Shown here one piece after another: positions 27,116-35,434 of a stretch of 64,000 nt of DNA. Each line of letters begins with the position of its first letter. The first letter of the stretch is position 1. The DNA lies in NCBI GenBank assembly GCA_965203965.1, contig CBDBDR010000017.1, forward strand, positions 1,152,001-1,216,000. The letters run 5' to 3'. Below the pieces are notes generated by a model. The model did no database searches. It worked only from the letters and a program-made list of their open reading frames with translations, and was not told where the DNA came from. Origin of the DNA: Thermodesulfobacteriota bacterium. Lineage in GTDB: Bacteria; Desulfobacterota_D; UBA1144; Nemesobacterales; JAJCZQ01. The translations under genes and the position numbers were made by a program.

Positions 27116-29068
27116 ATGACCAATCAAATAGAGAACAATGAAAGGCGTGAATATAGAGTAGGTGTTTCTGGTCAATTAATTAAGCATCTTGGCTTACAAA
27201 TGTACTCTGGTGCAGTTCCTGCAATTGTAGAACTTATCTCAAATTCGTACGACGCAATGGCAAAAAACGTGTGGATCACAATTCCAGTAGAACGCCCAAT
27301 AAAAACAAATGATCAAATTGTCGTCAAAGACGATGGTCATGGTATGACTTATGAAGAATGTAACAATTTTTATTTGCAAGTTGGCAGAGATAGGCGAAAG
27401 GGAAACTTCAATAAGACTAAACCTTACAATGGTCTTAACCCAAGGAAAATTCAGGGAAGAAAAGGTATAGGGAAGCTCGCCGGGTTTGGTATTGCAGATC
27501 AATTAAGTATATACACCGTTAGGGATGAAGAGATTTCTTGCTTCGTAATGGAATTTAGCAAGCTGACTGAAAGTGAACAATTTGCAAACCTTGAGGGATA
27601 TTCACCTACGCCACTGCCGGAAGATGGGCAAAGGACAACGAGCAAACCCTGTACAATCGTAACTTTGGATCAACTAAAAATCACGCGCAAAATTGAAGAA
27701 GAAACCTTTAAACGAAGTATTGCCAGACGATTGCTTGTTTTGGATGAAAGTTTCAACATTTATATAAATGGAAATAAATTATCACGTGATGAAATACCAT
27801 TTCAATTTAGATTCCCCAACGAAACCGGTTCATGGGAAACCGATAAGTTAGAGAATGGGGAGGAAATTCAATGGTGGGCCGGATTTTCTAAAAAAACAAT
27901 ACCAGAAGAGGAGCAGCGTGGGTTAGTTGTCTACGTACGCGGCAAGTTGGCTCAAACGCCATGGTTTTTTGACCTAAGTGGTGGCATTTGGGGGCAGCAT
28001 GGATTGCAATACCTCACCGGAGAAATAAAAGCAGATTTTCTTGATGATGAAGTTGATCTTATTGCTACTGACAGGGGTGGTGTTCAATGGGAAAATTCAA
28101 AAGCAATACCCTTGAAAAAATGGGGACAAGATAAAATTAAAGAATTGTTAAACGAATGGGTGGTGAAAAGAGTTGAGAAAAAACAGAAATCTCCCACAGT
28201 AATAAAGTATAAGGAACTAGCAGAAAAACTACCTAAGAAAGAACGAGATATATTCCACAAGGTTGTTAATCGCATCTGTTCTATACCTCAAATCGACAAA
28301 GATGAGGAAGGCACTGAAATTGCAGACATGCTGGTAGAGGTTGCTTATGACGCTCTGATTAACCGCAATTTCCTCGAAATAATACGACACCTAAAAACTC
28401 TTTCATCAGAAGACCATAGAAAAATATCTGACACTCTTGCTGATTGGGACATTATAGAAGCCATAAATACTGCACAATTAGTAAAGGGGCGGCTAGAAAT
28501 CATTAACAAATTTCAACAAATGATTGACGAAAATTATAGAGAAAAGCCGGACATGCAAGATTATCTACGTGAACATCCTTGGCTTATTGACCCAAAGTGG
28601 ACAACGCTTGCACACGAACAATCATTGGATAATGTTCTCCATGATAAATTTGAACTACCAAAATCAGGAACTGAAGATGGATCTAGACGACCTGATTTTG
28701 TCTGTTTGGGTGACGGTACTAGCGTTTATGTTGTGGAAGTAAAAAGACCCGGCAAAACTATAACGGAAGGTGAATTGCACAGGCTTGTTAAATATGTTTA
28801 TTTTCTTCGAGAGTATACTGGTCTTGAAAATCAAGTAAAAGGCTTGTTAATCGCTGATAAAACTGATTCACATAAACGGTTTATAAAGAGTTATGAAAAT
28901 GATTTTCAGGCTAAATCATGGAAGGTTCTGTTGAGTACGGCATACAGGCTACACGAAAAATTTTTTAATGTAGTAAAAGGGAGAGCTCCCGCGGGTGATC
29001 CCAGAATAGAAAACCTGTCAGAACTTGATTCCCAAGACAACTTTCTAATTTCTAAATTCAAACGGTAA
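27116..29068 (+). CDS. GHKL (MORC/HATPase_c_3-type) ATPase with C-terminal PD-(D/E)XK nuclease domain
   Basis: ELISNSYDA, KDDGHGM and GRKGIGK (GHKL motifs); RRPDFVC...VVEVKRP (PD-(D/E)XK) near the C-terminus. Confidence 0.85.
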   Translation: MTNQIENNERREYRVGVSGQLIKHLGLQMYSGAVPAIVELISNSYDAMAKNVWITIPVERPIKTNDQIVVKDDGHGMTYEECNNFYLQVGRDRRKGNFNKTKPYNGLNPRKIQGRKGIGKLAGFGIADQLSIYTVRDEEISCFVMEFSKLTESEQFANLEGYSPTPLPEDGQRTTSKPCTIVTLDQLKITRKIEEETFKRSIARRLLVLDESFNIYINGNKLSRDEIPFQFRFPNETGSWETDKLENGEEIQWWAGFSKKTIPEEEQRGLVVYVRGKLAQTPWFFDLSGGIWGQHGLQYLTGEIKADFLDDEVDLIATDRGGVQWENSKAIPLKKWGQDKIKELLNEWVVKRVEKKQKSPTVIKYKELAEKLPKKERDIFHKVVNRICSIPQIDKDEEGTEIADMLVEVAYDALINRNFLEIIRHLKTLSSEDHRKISDTLADWDIIEAINTAQLVKGRLEIINKFQQMIDENYREKPDMQDYLREHPWLIDPKWTTLAHEQSLDNVLHDKFELPKSGTEDGSRRPDFVCLGDGTSVYVVEVKRPGKTITEGELHRLVKYVYFLREYTGLENQVKGLLIADKTDSHKRFIKSYENDFQAKSWKVLLSTAYRLHEKFFNVVKGRAPAGDPRIENLSELDSQDNFLISKFKR

Positions 29069-29094
29069 AACTCAAAAGAGGAAAAACAACAAAG

Positions 29095-30201
29095 GTGAAA
29101 AGAACAAATCTGAAAAATAGCAAAAAACCAATTGCCGTAGATCTTTTTGCGGGCTGTGGAGGATTAACCAAAGGCTTGATAGATGCAGGATTTCAAGTTG
29201 CAACGGCAGTAGAAATTGACTCTGCGGCAGCAGAAACGTATAGGCGTAACCATCGACAAACTAAACTAATAGAAAAAGACATTCGGGAGGTTTCTGCCAC
29301 GGAGATCCTTCAAACTGCTGGAACAAGCAACGTGTCTTTGCTAGCCGGCTGCGCACCTTGTCAAGGATTCTGTTCTCTAACGTCTAAGCATAAAAAAGAT
29401 GATCCGCGCAATGAGCTTCTTTTATCTATGGCAAATCTGATAGAAGAGATTCTCCCTGACGCCATAATGATGGAGAACGTTCCAGGGTTAGCAAAAAGAG
29501 GTAAAAGCATCTTTGACAAATTTTTGAACGTTCTAAAGGATATTGGATATCAAACGGAAGGAGCATGGGGTATTCAACAAATGGCTGATTTTGGTGTTCC
29601 ACAGAACAGGAAACGATTAGTTATGTTGGCTGGGAGAAACTTTCAGATTAAATTCCCTGAACCAACTCACGTTCAATCACTTGAAAAAAATCCCAAATTA
29701 GAAAAATGGAGGACAGTAAGAGATACGATAGGCAAAATGCAAAAACCAATTACTTTGAAAAATGCTCACTGTCATGGTGGCCCTCAAGCTCATAACTGGC
29801 ATGTAGTTAGAGATATAACGTTAGAAACAAAAGAACGTTTAAAAGTAGCGAAACCAGGTCAATCACGGTTAAAAATAGACAAGTCTCTAATGCCACAATG
29901 TCATCGTAATGGATATAAAGGCTTTACAAACGTATATGGGAGAATGGAATGGGAAAATATTTCTCCCACAATTACAAGTGGTTTCACCACTCTTTCAATG
30001 GGTCGATTTGGACACCCTACACAAGACCGCACAATTTCGGTAAGGGAAGCCGCCATGCTACAAACTTTTCCAGAAGGATATGTATTCGTCACGGATACAA
30101 TGGAGTCGGTTTGTAATTTAATAGGAAATGCAGTTCCCCCGATATACGCTCAATTGGCAGGAAAACAAATTATATCCGCGATTAACAGCAGAAATGAGTA
30201 A
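29095..30201 (+). CDS. dcm: DNA (cytosine-5) methyltransferase
   Basis: Motif I DLFAGCGG, IV PCQGF, VI ENV, VIII PQNRKR, IX REAAMLQTFP and X IGNAVPP. Confidence 0.96.
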   Translation: MKRTNLKNSKKPIAVDLFAGCGGLTKGLIDAGFQVATAVEIDSAAAETYRRNHRQTKLIEKDIREVSATEILQTAGTSNVSLLAGCAPCQGFCSLTSKHKKDDPRNELLLSMANLIEEILPDAIMMENVPGLAKRGKSIFDKFLNVLKDIGYQTEGAWGIQQMADFGVPQNRKRLVMLAGRNFQIKFPEPTHVQSLEKNPKLEKWRTVRDTIGKMQKPITLKNAHCHGGPQAHNWHVVRDITLETKERLKVAKPGQSRLKIDKSLMPQCHRNGYKGFTNVYGRMEWENISPTITSGFTTLSMGRFGHPTQDRTISVREAAMLQTFPEGYVFVTDTMESVCNLIGNAVPPIYAQLAGKQIISAINSRNE

Positions 30202-30637
30202 ATGGCCGGGAAATTCGAACAAAGAAAACACTACCTTCGGAGGATTAAACCGATCCCAGCTTATGTCTCGCGTGAGAAGCACTGGAAACATGACAACGGA
30301 AAACCGGCTGGCTTATTTATTGAGAAAAAGTGGCTTAGTCGGATGGAGACGACACCAGAAACTCCCTGGACGCCCCGATTTTGTATGGCCCAGGGAAAAA
30401 ATTGCCGTTTTTGTTGATGGGTGTTTTTGGCACGGCCATGAATGTGGGAGAAATCTTACACCAAAAACTAACACGAAAGAGTGGAAGGACAAGATTGAGA
30501 AAACAAAAACCAGAGATAGGAAAGCCAGCAATGCTCTTCGCGGCATGGGGTGGAAAGTAATAAGAATCTGGGAGTGTAGCCTGGCCAAATCCCCTAATAT
30601 TTGTTTGGACAGAATTAGAAAGCAATTTGATACTTGA
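30194..30637 (+). CDS. vsr: Very short patch repair endonuclease
   Basis: RSQLMSRVRS, LPGRPDFV, VFVDGCFWHGH and GWKVIRIWEC motifs; the ATG at 30194 overlaps the dcm end. Confidence 0.95.
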   Translation: MSKWPGNSNKENTTFGGLNRSQLMSRVRSTGNMTTENRLAYLLRKSGLVGWRRHQKLPGRPDFVWPREKIAVFVDGCFWHGHECGRNLTPKTNTKEWKDKIEKTKTRDRKASNALRGMGWKVIRIWECSLAKSPNICLDRIRKQFDT

Positions 30638-30696
30638 CCAGATTCGCGGCTGGTTGTAATAGATTGAGTAATTACCCTCGCTCAAATGGCTGATCG

Positions 30697-30789
30697 AACC
30701 GCTGGGTATATCTGCAAGAGTGAAACAATGAGGAAGCCATTGCAGACCGCAACAAAGCAGTTGAACTCAACCCTAGCCTTGCGGATTAA
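30697..30789 (+). pseudogene. Possible TPR-gene remnant
   Basis: One frame reads NRWVYLQE*NNEEAIADRNKAVELNPSLAD*, resembling the TPR consensus EEAIADYNKAIELNP; short, with an internal stop. Confidence 0.4.
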
Positions 30790-30798
30790 TGAACCGAT

Positions 30799-30913
30799 CT
30801 GAACTAACAAATAGCTACCCACTAAACTAACAATCAGCCACTTGCTAAACTTGCAAATAGCCACCCCTTAAACTTGCAATCAGTTGCACTTTGAAGTTAT
30901 AATCAGTTGCATG
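30799..30913 (+). repeat. Five degenerate 23-bp tandem repeats ending at the ATG of the AAA+/DUF4143 gene
   Basis: CTGAACTAACAAATAGCTACCCA / CTAAACTAACAATCAGCCACTTG / CTAAACTTGCAAATAGCCACCCC / TTAAACTTGCAATCAGTTGCACT / TTGAAGTTATAATCAGTTGCATG. Confidence 0.85.
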
Positions 30914-32152
30914 TCAAAACTGTATCCTCGCCATATTGAGCCGCGTCTGAAAGAGGCGATGAAAGACTCTCCGGTCGTGCTGATCCATGGGCCGCGTCAG
31001 TGTGGAAAGACAACGCTTGCGCAAAAAGTGGGCAAGTCCGCAGGATACGAGTATCTCAGCATGGATGATCCGGAAACCCTGGATTATGCCCAAAATGATC
31101 CAGTGGGTTTTGTTAATTCTCTGCCCCCAAAAGTCATACTGGATGAGATTCAGAAATCTCCTGATTTTTTTTCACAGATAAAACTGACTGTTGACCAAAA
31201 CCGCATCCCTGGGCGTTTTGTTTTGACTGGTTCTGTCAGCGTCCTGCATGTGCGCGGATTGTCCGACTCGCTCGCCGGAAGAATGGAGATCATCCGCATG
31301 CATCCGCTTGCACAAACCGAACTGGCAGGCAAGAAACCGGACTTTCTGGATGCGCTGTTTTCTGCAAAATTCTCAACACGCTGGCATACGAAGCAAGTGG
31401 AACTAACGGAAAGGATCGTTTCCGGGGGCTATCCAGCCGCTCTGAAATACTCCAACAAGAAACGCCGGATTGAATGGTATGAAAGTTACTTGACGACCAT
31501 AGCTAACACAGACGCATTTACAATTTCACGCATCCAGTCTGTAGAAGACTTGCCGAAACTGCTGGAACTTTCGGCAATGTCCACCGCGCGTCTTTTGAAC
31601 GTCAATAAACTTGCATCATTTTTTCAACTTAGCCGACTGACAATTCAGGGCTACCTTTTGTTGCTGGAGCGATTGTTTCTGCTCGAGAAAGTGCCCGCAT
31701 GGCACACCAATCGCCGCAAACAGTTCGTAAAAGCACCGAAACTGCATTTGTCGGACACAGGGCTTGCCGGCGCCCTGCTGGCAGTAGACGCGGATGAGTT
31801 AAAAAAAGACCGCTCATTGCTGGGGCAGTTGCTTGAAACTTTTGTGCTTCAGGAATTAATGAGGCAGGCAGAAGGGCATAAAAACAGATATCGGTTTTTT
31901 CACTATCGGGACAAAGATAAAGTTGAAATAGATATTGTCATCTGGCGCAGCGTCAATTCCGTAGCCGGAGTGGAAGTCAAGGCATCCTCAACCATTTCTC
32001 GTTCCGACTTTCGCGGTTTGCGCCGTTTGCAATCCGCCATGGGAGACTCTTTCCAAGGTGGCGTGGTGCTTTATAGTGGCGAAAAAATGCTTAACTTCGG
32101 AGAAAAACTGTATGCTGTTCCAATACAACGTTTGTGGGATAATAAGATCTGA
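30911..32152 (+). CDS. AAA+ ATPase (AAA_14) with DUF4143 C-terminal nuclease-like domain
   Basis: GPRQCGKTT (Walker A), ILDEIQK (Walker B), LTGS, SLAGR, GGYP, KLHLSDTG and EIDIV...VEVK motifs. ATG at 30911 preferred. Confidence 0.9.
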   Translation: MSKLYPRHIEPRLKEAMKDSPVVLIHGPRQCGKTTLAQKVGKSAGYEYLSMDDPETLDYAQNDPVGFVNSLPPKVILDEIQKSPDFFSQIKLTVDQNRIPGRFVLTGSVSVLHVRGLSDSLAGRMEIIRMHPLAQTELAGKKPDFLDALFSAKFSTRWHTKQVELTERIVSGGYPAALKYSNKKRRIEWYESYLTTIANTDAFTISRIQSVEDLPKLLELSAMSTARLLNVNKLASFFQLSRLTIQGYLLLLERLFLLEKVPAWHTNRRKQFVKAPKLHLSDTGLAGALLAVDADELKKDRSLLGQLLETFVLQELMRQAEGHKNRYRFFHYRDKDKVEIDIVIWRSVNSVAGVEVKASSTISRSDFRGLRRLQSAMGDSFQGGVVLYSGEKMLNFGEKLYAVPIQRLWDNKI

Positions 32153-35100
32153 ATGACCACCCTTTACGAATCAGACATTGAAGAACATACGATAGCCTTG
32201 CTCCAACAGCAGGGGTATAAATACATTTCTTTTAAACAGCAAGAAGCTGAAAGGAAGGGTGCGTCGGATGTTATCCTTCACGACCGCCTTAAAAATGGGA
32301 TTTATAAACTCAATCCGAAATTGCCTGAAAATGTTCGCGAGCAAGCACTGCGGGAAGTTGTCGCCCTCTCCGGTCAAAACCTGATAGAAAGCAACGAAAA
32401 ATTTTACGAAATGCTGATAGAGGGAATTAAGGAAGAATATCAAAAAGACGGAGAAACTGTTGGAGCGCAGGTCAAGTTGATGGATTTTGAATATCCACAA
32501 AACAATGACTTTGCCGTCTGCAACCAGTTTACTGTTACGGAAAACAACACAACAAAACGTCCCGATATTGTTATTTTTATTAACGGTTTGCCCGTTGCGG
32601 TGGTTGAATTAAAAAACCCGACCGATGAAAAAGCAACTGCTCAAAAAGCGTTTGACCAACTGCAAAACTATAAACAGACAATACCGACCTTGTTTTGCTA
32701 CAACGGTGTTCTGGTTGCCTCGGACGGTCTTGAAGCAAGAGCCGGTTCGCTGACTTCCGGTTGGTCGCGTTTTATGGTGTGGAAAACCGTGGACGGCGTA
32801 AAAGAAGATACCAAAACAACCCCTCAAATAGAAACTCTGATAAAAGGAATGCTCCGCCCCGATGTGCTGATAGACCTGATCAGAAATTTTACGGTTTTTG
32901 AAAGCGCGAAAGACGAAAACACGCAAACGGGATTAATAACCGTTAAAAAAGAAAAGAAAATTGCCTCTTACCACCAATACCATGCCGTAAAAGAAGCGGT
33001 TGGATCAACGATCAGGGCATTGTGTAGGGAGAGTCGAACGGTTTTGCATGAAAAACCCGAAGGATACGGATTACCAAGCGTTAAAGACCAACCCGAAGGA
33101 GACTGCAAGGCGGGAGTTGTATGGCATACGCAGGGAAGCGGTAAGTCCCTTTCTATGCTTTTTTACGCCGGGTTGATCGCAACAAGCAAAGAAATGGCAA
33201 ATCCCACCGTTGTTGTTATCACAGACCGCAACGATCTTGACGATCAGTTGTTTGACGCATTTGTTGCAGGCGAAAGACTTCTCAGACAATCCCCCGTTCA
33301 AGCAACAAACCGCCAACATCTGAAAGAACTTTTACAAACGGCAAGCGGTGGAGTTGTATTTTCCACAATTCAGAAATTCTCACCGGAAGGCGACAGTGAA
33401 AATTTTGAACTTCTTTCAAACAGAAGCAACATTGTTGTTATCGCCGATGAAGCACACCGCAGCCAATACGGGTTTGCCGCGACAACTCATTTTATAAAAG
33501 ACGGTGTGAAAACAAGATACGGATTTGCAAAATACTTGAGAGATGCCCTGCCCAGTGCTTCATTTATAGGATTTACTGCCACACCGATTGAAACTGAAGA
33601 TGTTTCAACTCCGGCGGTTTTCGGTAATTACATTGATGTTTACGACATAGAGCAGGCGGTTGAAGACGGGGCAACCGTGCCAATTTATTACGAATCACGC
33701 CTTGTTGAAGTTCATCTCAAAGAAGAAGAAAGGGATAGGTTGGATGCTGAAGTTGAATCAATAACCGAGAGTAGTGAATCAACGGCAACTGAAAAAGCAA
33801 AAGTAAAATGGACAAGGGTTGAAGCCATAATCGGACATACAGAACGCGTAAAAACAGTTGTAAAAGACATTCTAGGTCATTTTGATGCAAGACGCGAAGC
33901 ATGGAACGGCAAGGCGATGATCGTCGCCACAAGCAGACGCATAGCGGTTGAGATGTATGATGAAATAATTGCCTTGCGTTCTGAGTGGCATAATGATGAC
34001 AAAGACAAGGGTAAGATAAAGGTCATTATGACCTCATCGTCAAGCGACCCGGTGGAGTGGCAGAAACACACGACCACAAAACAGGAAAGAAAAGAGATCA
34101 GGCAAAGGTTCATTGACCCCGAAGACCCTTTACAGATCGTTATTGTGCGCGATATGTGGCTGACGGGTTTTGACGCTCCGTGTCTGGACGCGATCTATAT
34201 TGACAAACTTATGAGCGGACACAATTTGATGCAGGCAATCGCCCGTGTAAATAGGGTTTACAAGGACAAAACCGGCGGACTTGTTGTTGATTATATTGGG
34301 ATAGGGTCTGATCTGACACGCGCCCTTTCTTTATACACCAAAAGCGGAGGCAAGGGAGAGCCGACCGTTGATAGAGAAAAAGCGATCGAAAAAATGCTGG
34401 AAAAATACGAAGTGGTTCGTGATATGTTCGGAAATTTTAATTACAAAGAGTATTTTGACGCCGACACCGGAGAGAAATTAAAAATTATCCTTGAAGCCGA
34501 AGAGTATATTCTCGGACTCAAAGACGGAAAGGAAAGATTTACAAAAGAGGTCAATCTGCTTTTAAAAACATTTGCCCTTTCGGTTCCCGACCCAAGAGCA
34601 ATGGACATAAAAGCTGAAGTTGGGTTTTTTCAGGCAGTTAAATCCCGCATTAATAAATTTGAACCAGAAGGAAGCGGAAGAAGCGATGCTGAGATTGAAA
34701 CCGCGATCAGGCAAATTGTTGATAGAGCCGTTGTTGTGGAAGGTGTGATAGATATTTTTGATGCCGCCGGAATTAAAAAACCTGATATTGCAATTCTTTC
34801 TGATGATTTTCTTGAAGAAGTAAAAGGAATGAAACACAAAAATCTTGCTCTGGAACTGCTCAAAAGACTGCTGAACGATGAAATAACAAAAAGGACAAAA
34901 AAGAACCTTGTCCAAAGCAAAAGATTCTCCGAAATGTTGGAAGAGTCTATTAGAAAATACAAAAACAACCTGCTGACCGCCGCAGAGGTCATAGAGGAAT
35001 TAATTCGGATCGCAAAAGATATCCATGTGTCCGATGAAAGATCCTCGGAGATGGGCTTGTCCGATGACGAAGTTGCTTTTTATGACGCGCTTGCGATGAA

Positions 35101-35341
35101 TGAAAGCGCAAAAGATTTGATGGGCGATGAAACCTTACGGGAACTTGCACGTATGCTTGTGGAAAGAGTGAAAAAGAACACCTCTATTGACTGGACAATA
35201 AAAGAGAGCGTCAGGGCAAATTTGAGAGCAATTGTTAAACGGCTTTTGAGAAAATACGGTTACCCACCGGATCAACAGAAAATAGCAACGGATAGAATAA
35301 TGGAACAAGCGGAACTGCTGGCAGACGTATGGGTTTCTTGA
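32153..35341 (+). CDS. hsdR: Type I restriction endonuclease subunit R
   Basis: RPDIVIFINGLP.AVVELK (nuclease), WHTQGSGKS, DEAHRSQ, FTATP, MWLTGFD and QAIARVNR motifs. Confidence 0.97.
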   Translation: MTTLYESDIEEHTIALLQQQGYKYISFKQQEAERKGASDVILHDRLKNGIYKLNPKLPENVREQALREVVALSGQNLIESNEKFYEMLIEGIKEEYQKDGETVGAQVKLMDFEYPQNNDFAVCNQFTVTENNTTKRPDIVIFINGLPVAVVELKNPTDEKATAQKAFDQLQNYKQTIPTLFCYNGVLVASDGLEARAGSLTSGWSRFMVWKTVDGVKEDTKTTPQIETLIKGMLRPDVLIDLIRNFTVFESAKDENTQTGLITVKKEKKIASYHQYHAVKEAVGSTIRALCRESRTVLHEKPEGYGLPSVKDQPEGDCKAGVVWHTQGSGKSLSMLFYAGLIATSKEMANPTVVVITDRNDLDDQLFDAFVAGERLLRQSPVQATNRQHLKELLQTASGGVVFSTIQKFSPEGDSENFELLSNRSNIVVIADEAHRSQYGFAATTHFIKDGVKTRYGFAKYLRDALPSASFIGFTATPIETEDVSTPAVFGNYIDVYDIEQAVEDGATVPIYYESRLVEVHLKEEERDRLDAEVESITESSESTATEKAKVKWTRVEAIIGHTERVKTVVKDILGHFDARREAWNGKAMIVATSRRIAVEMYDEIIALRSEWHNDDKDKGKIKVIMTSSSSDPVEWQKHTTTKQERKEIRQRFIDPEDPLQIVIVRDMWLTGFDAPCLDAIYIDKLMSGHNLMQAIARVNRVYKDKTGGLVVDYIGIGSDLTRALSLYTKSGGKGEPTVDREKAIEKMLEKYEVVRDMFGNFNYKEYFDADTGEKLKIILEAEEYILGLKDGKERFTKEVNLLLKTFALSVPDPRAMDIKAEVGFFQAVKSRINKFEPEGSGRSDAEIETAIRQIVDRAVVVEGVIDIFDAAGIKKPDIAILSDDFLEEVKGMKHKNLALELLKRLLNDEITKRTKKNLVQSKRFSEMLEESIRKYKNNLLTAAEVIEELIRIAKDIHVSDERSSEMGLSDDEVAFYDALAMNESAKDLMGDETLRELARMLVERVKKNTSIDWTIKESVRANLRAIVKRLLRKYGYPPDQQKIATDRIMEQAELLADVWVS

Positions 35342-35434
35342 AACGTCATTAAGTGAAATACAGTTTTATGTCTTCAACTCTGTATTCCAAGGTTGCTTTT
35401 TATCCCTATTCTCCTTCTGTGATCTATCTCTAAG

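Noticed and set aside
30799..30913. 23-bp repeats as a mini CRISPR array
   Set aside because: The units are contiguous and degenerate with no unique spacers, and there are no cas genes in the window.
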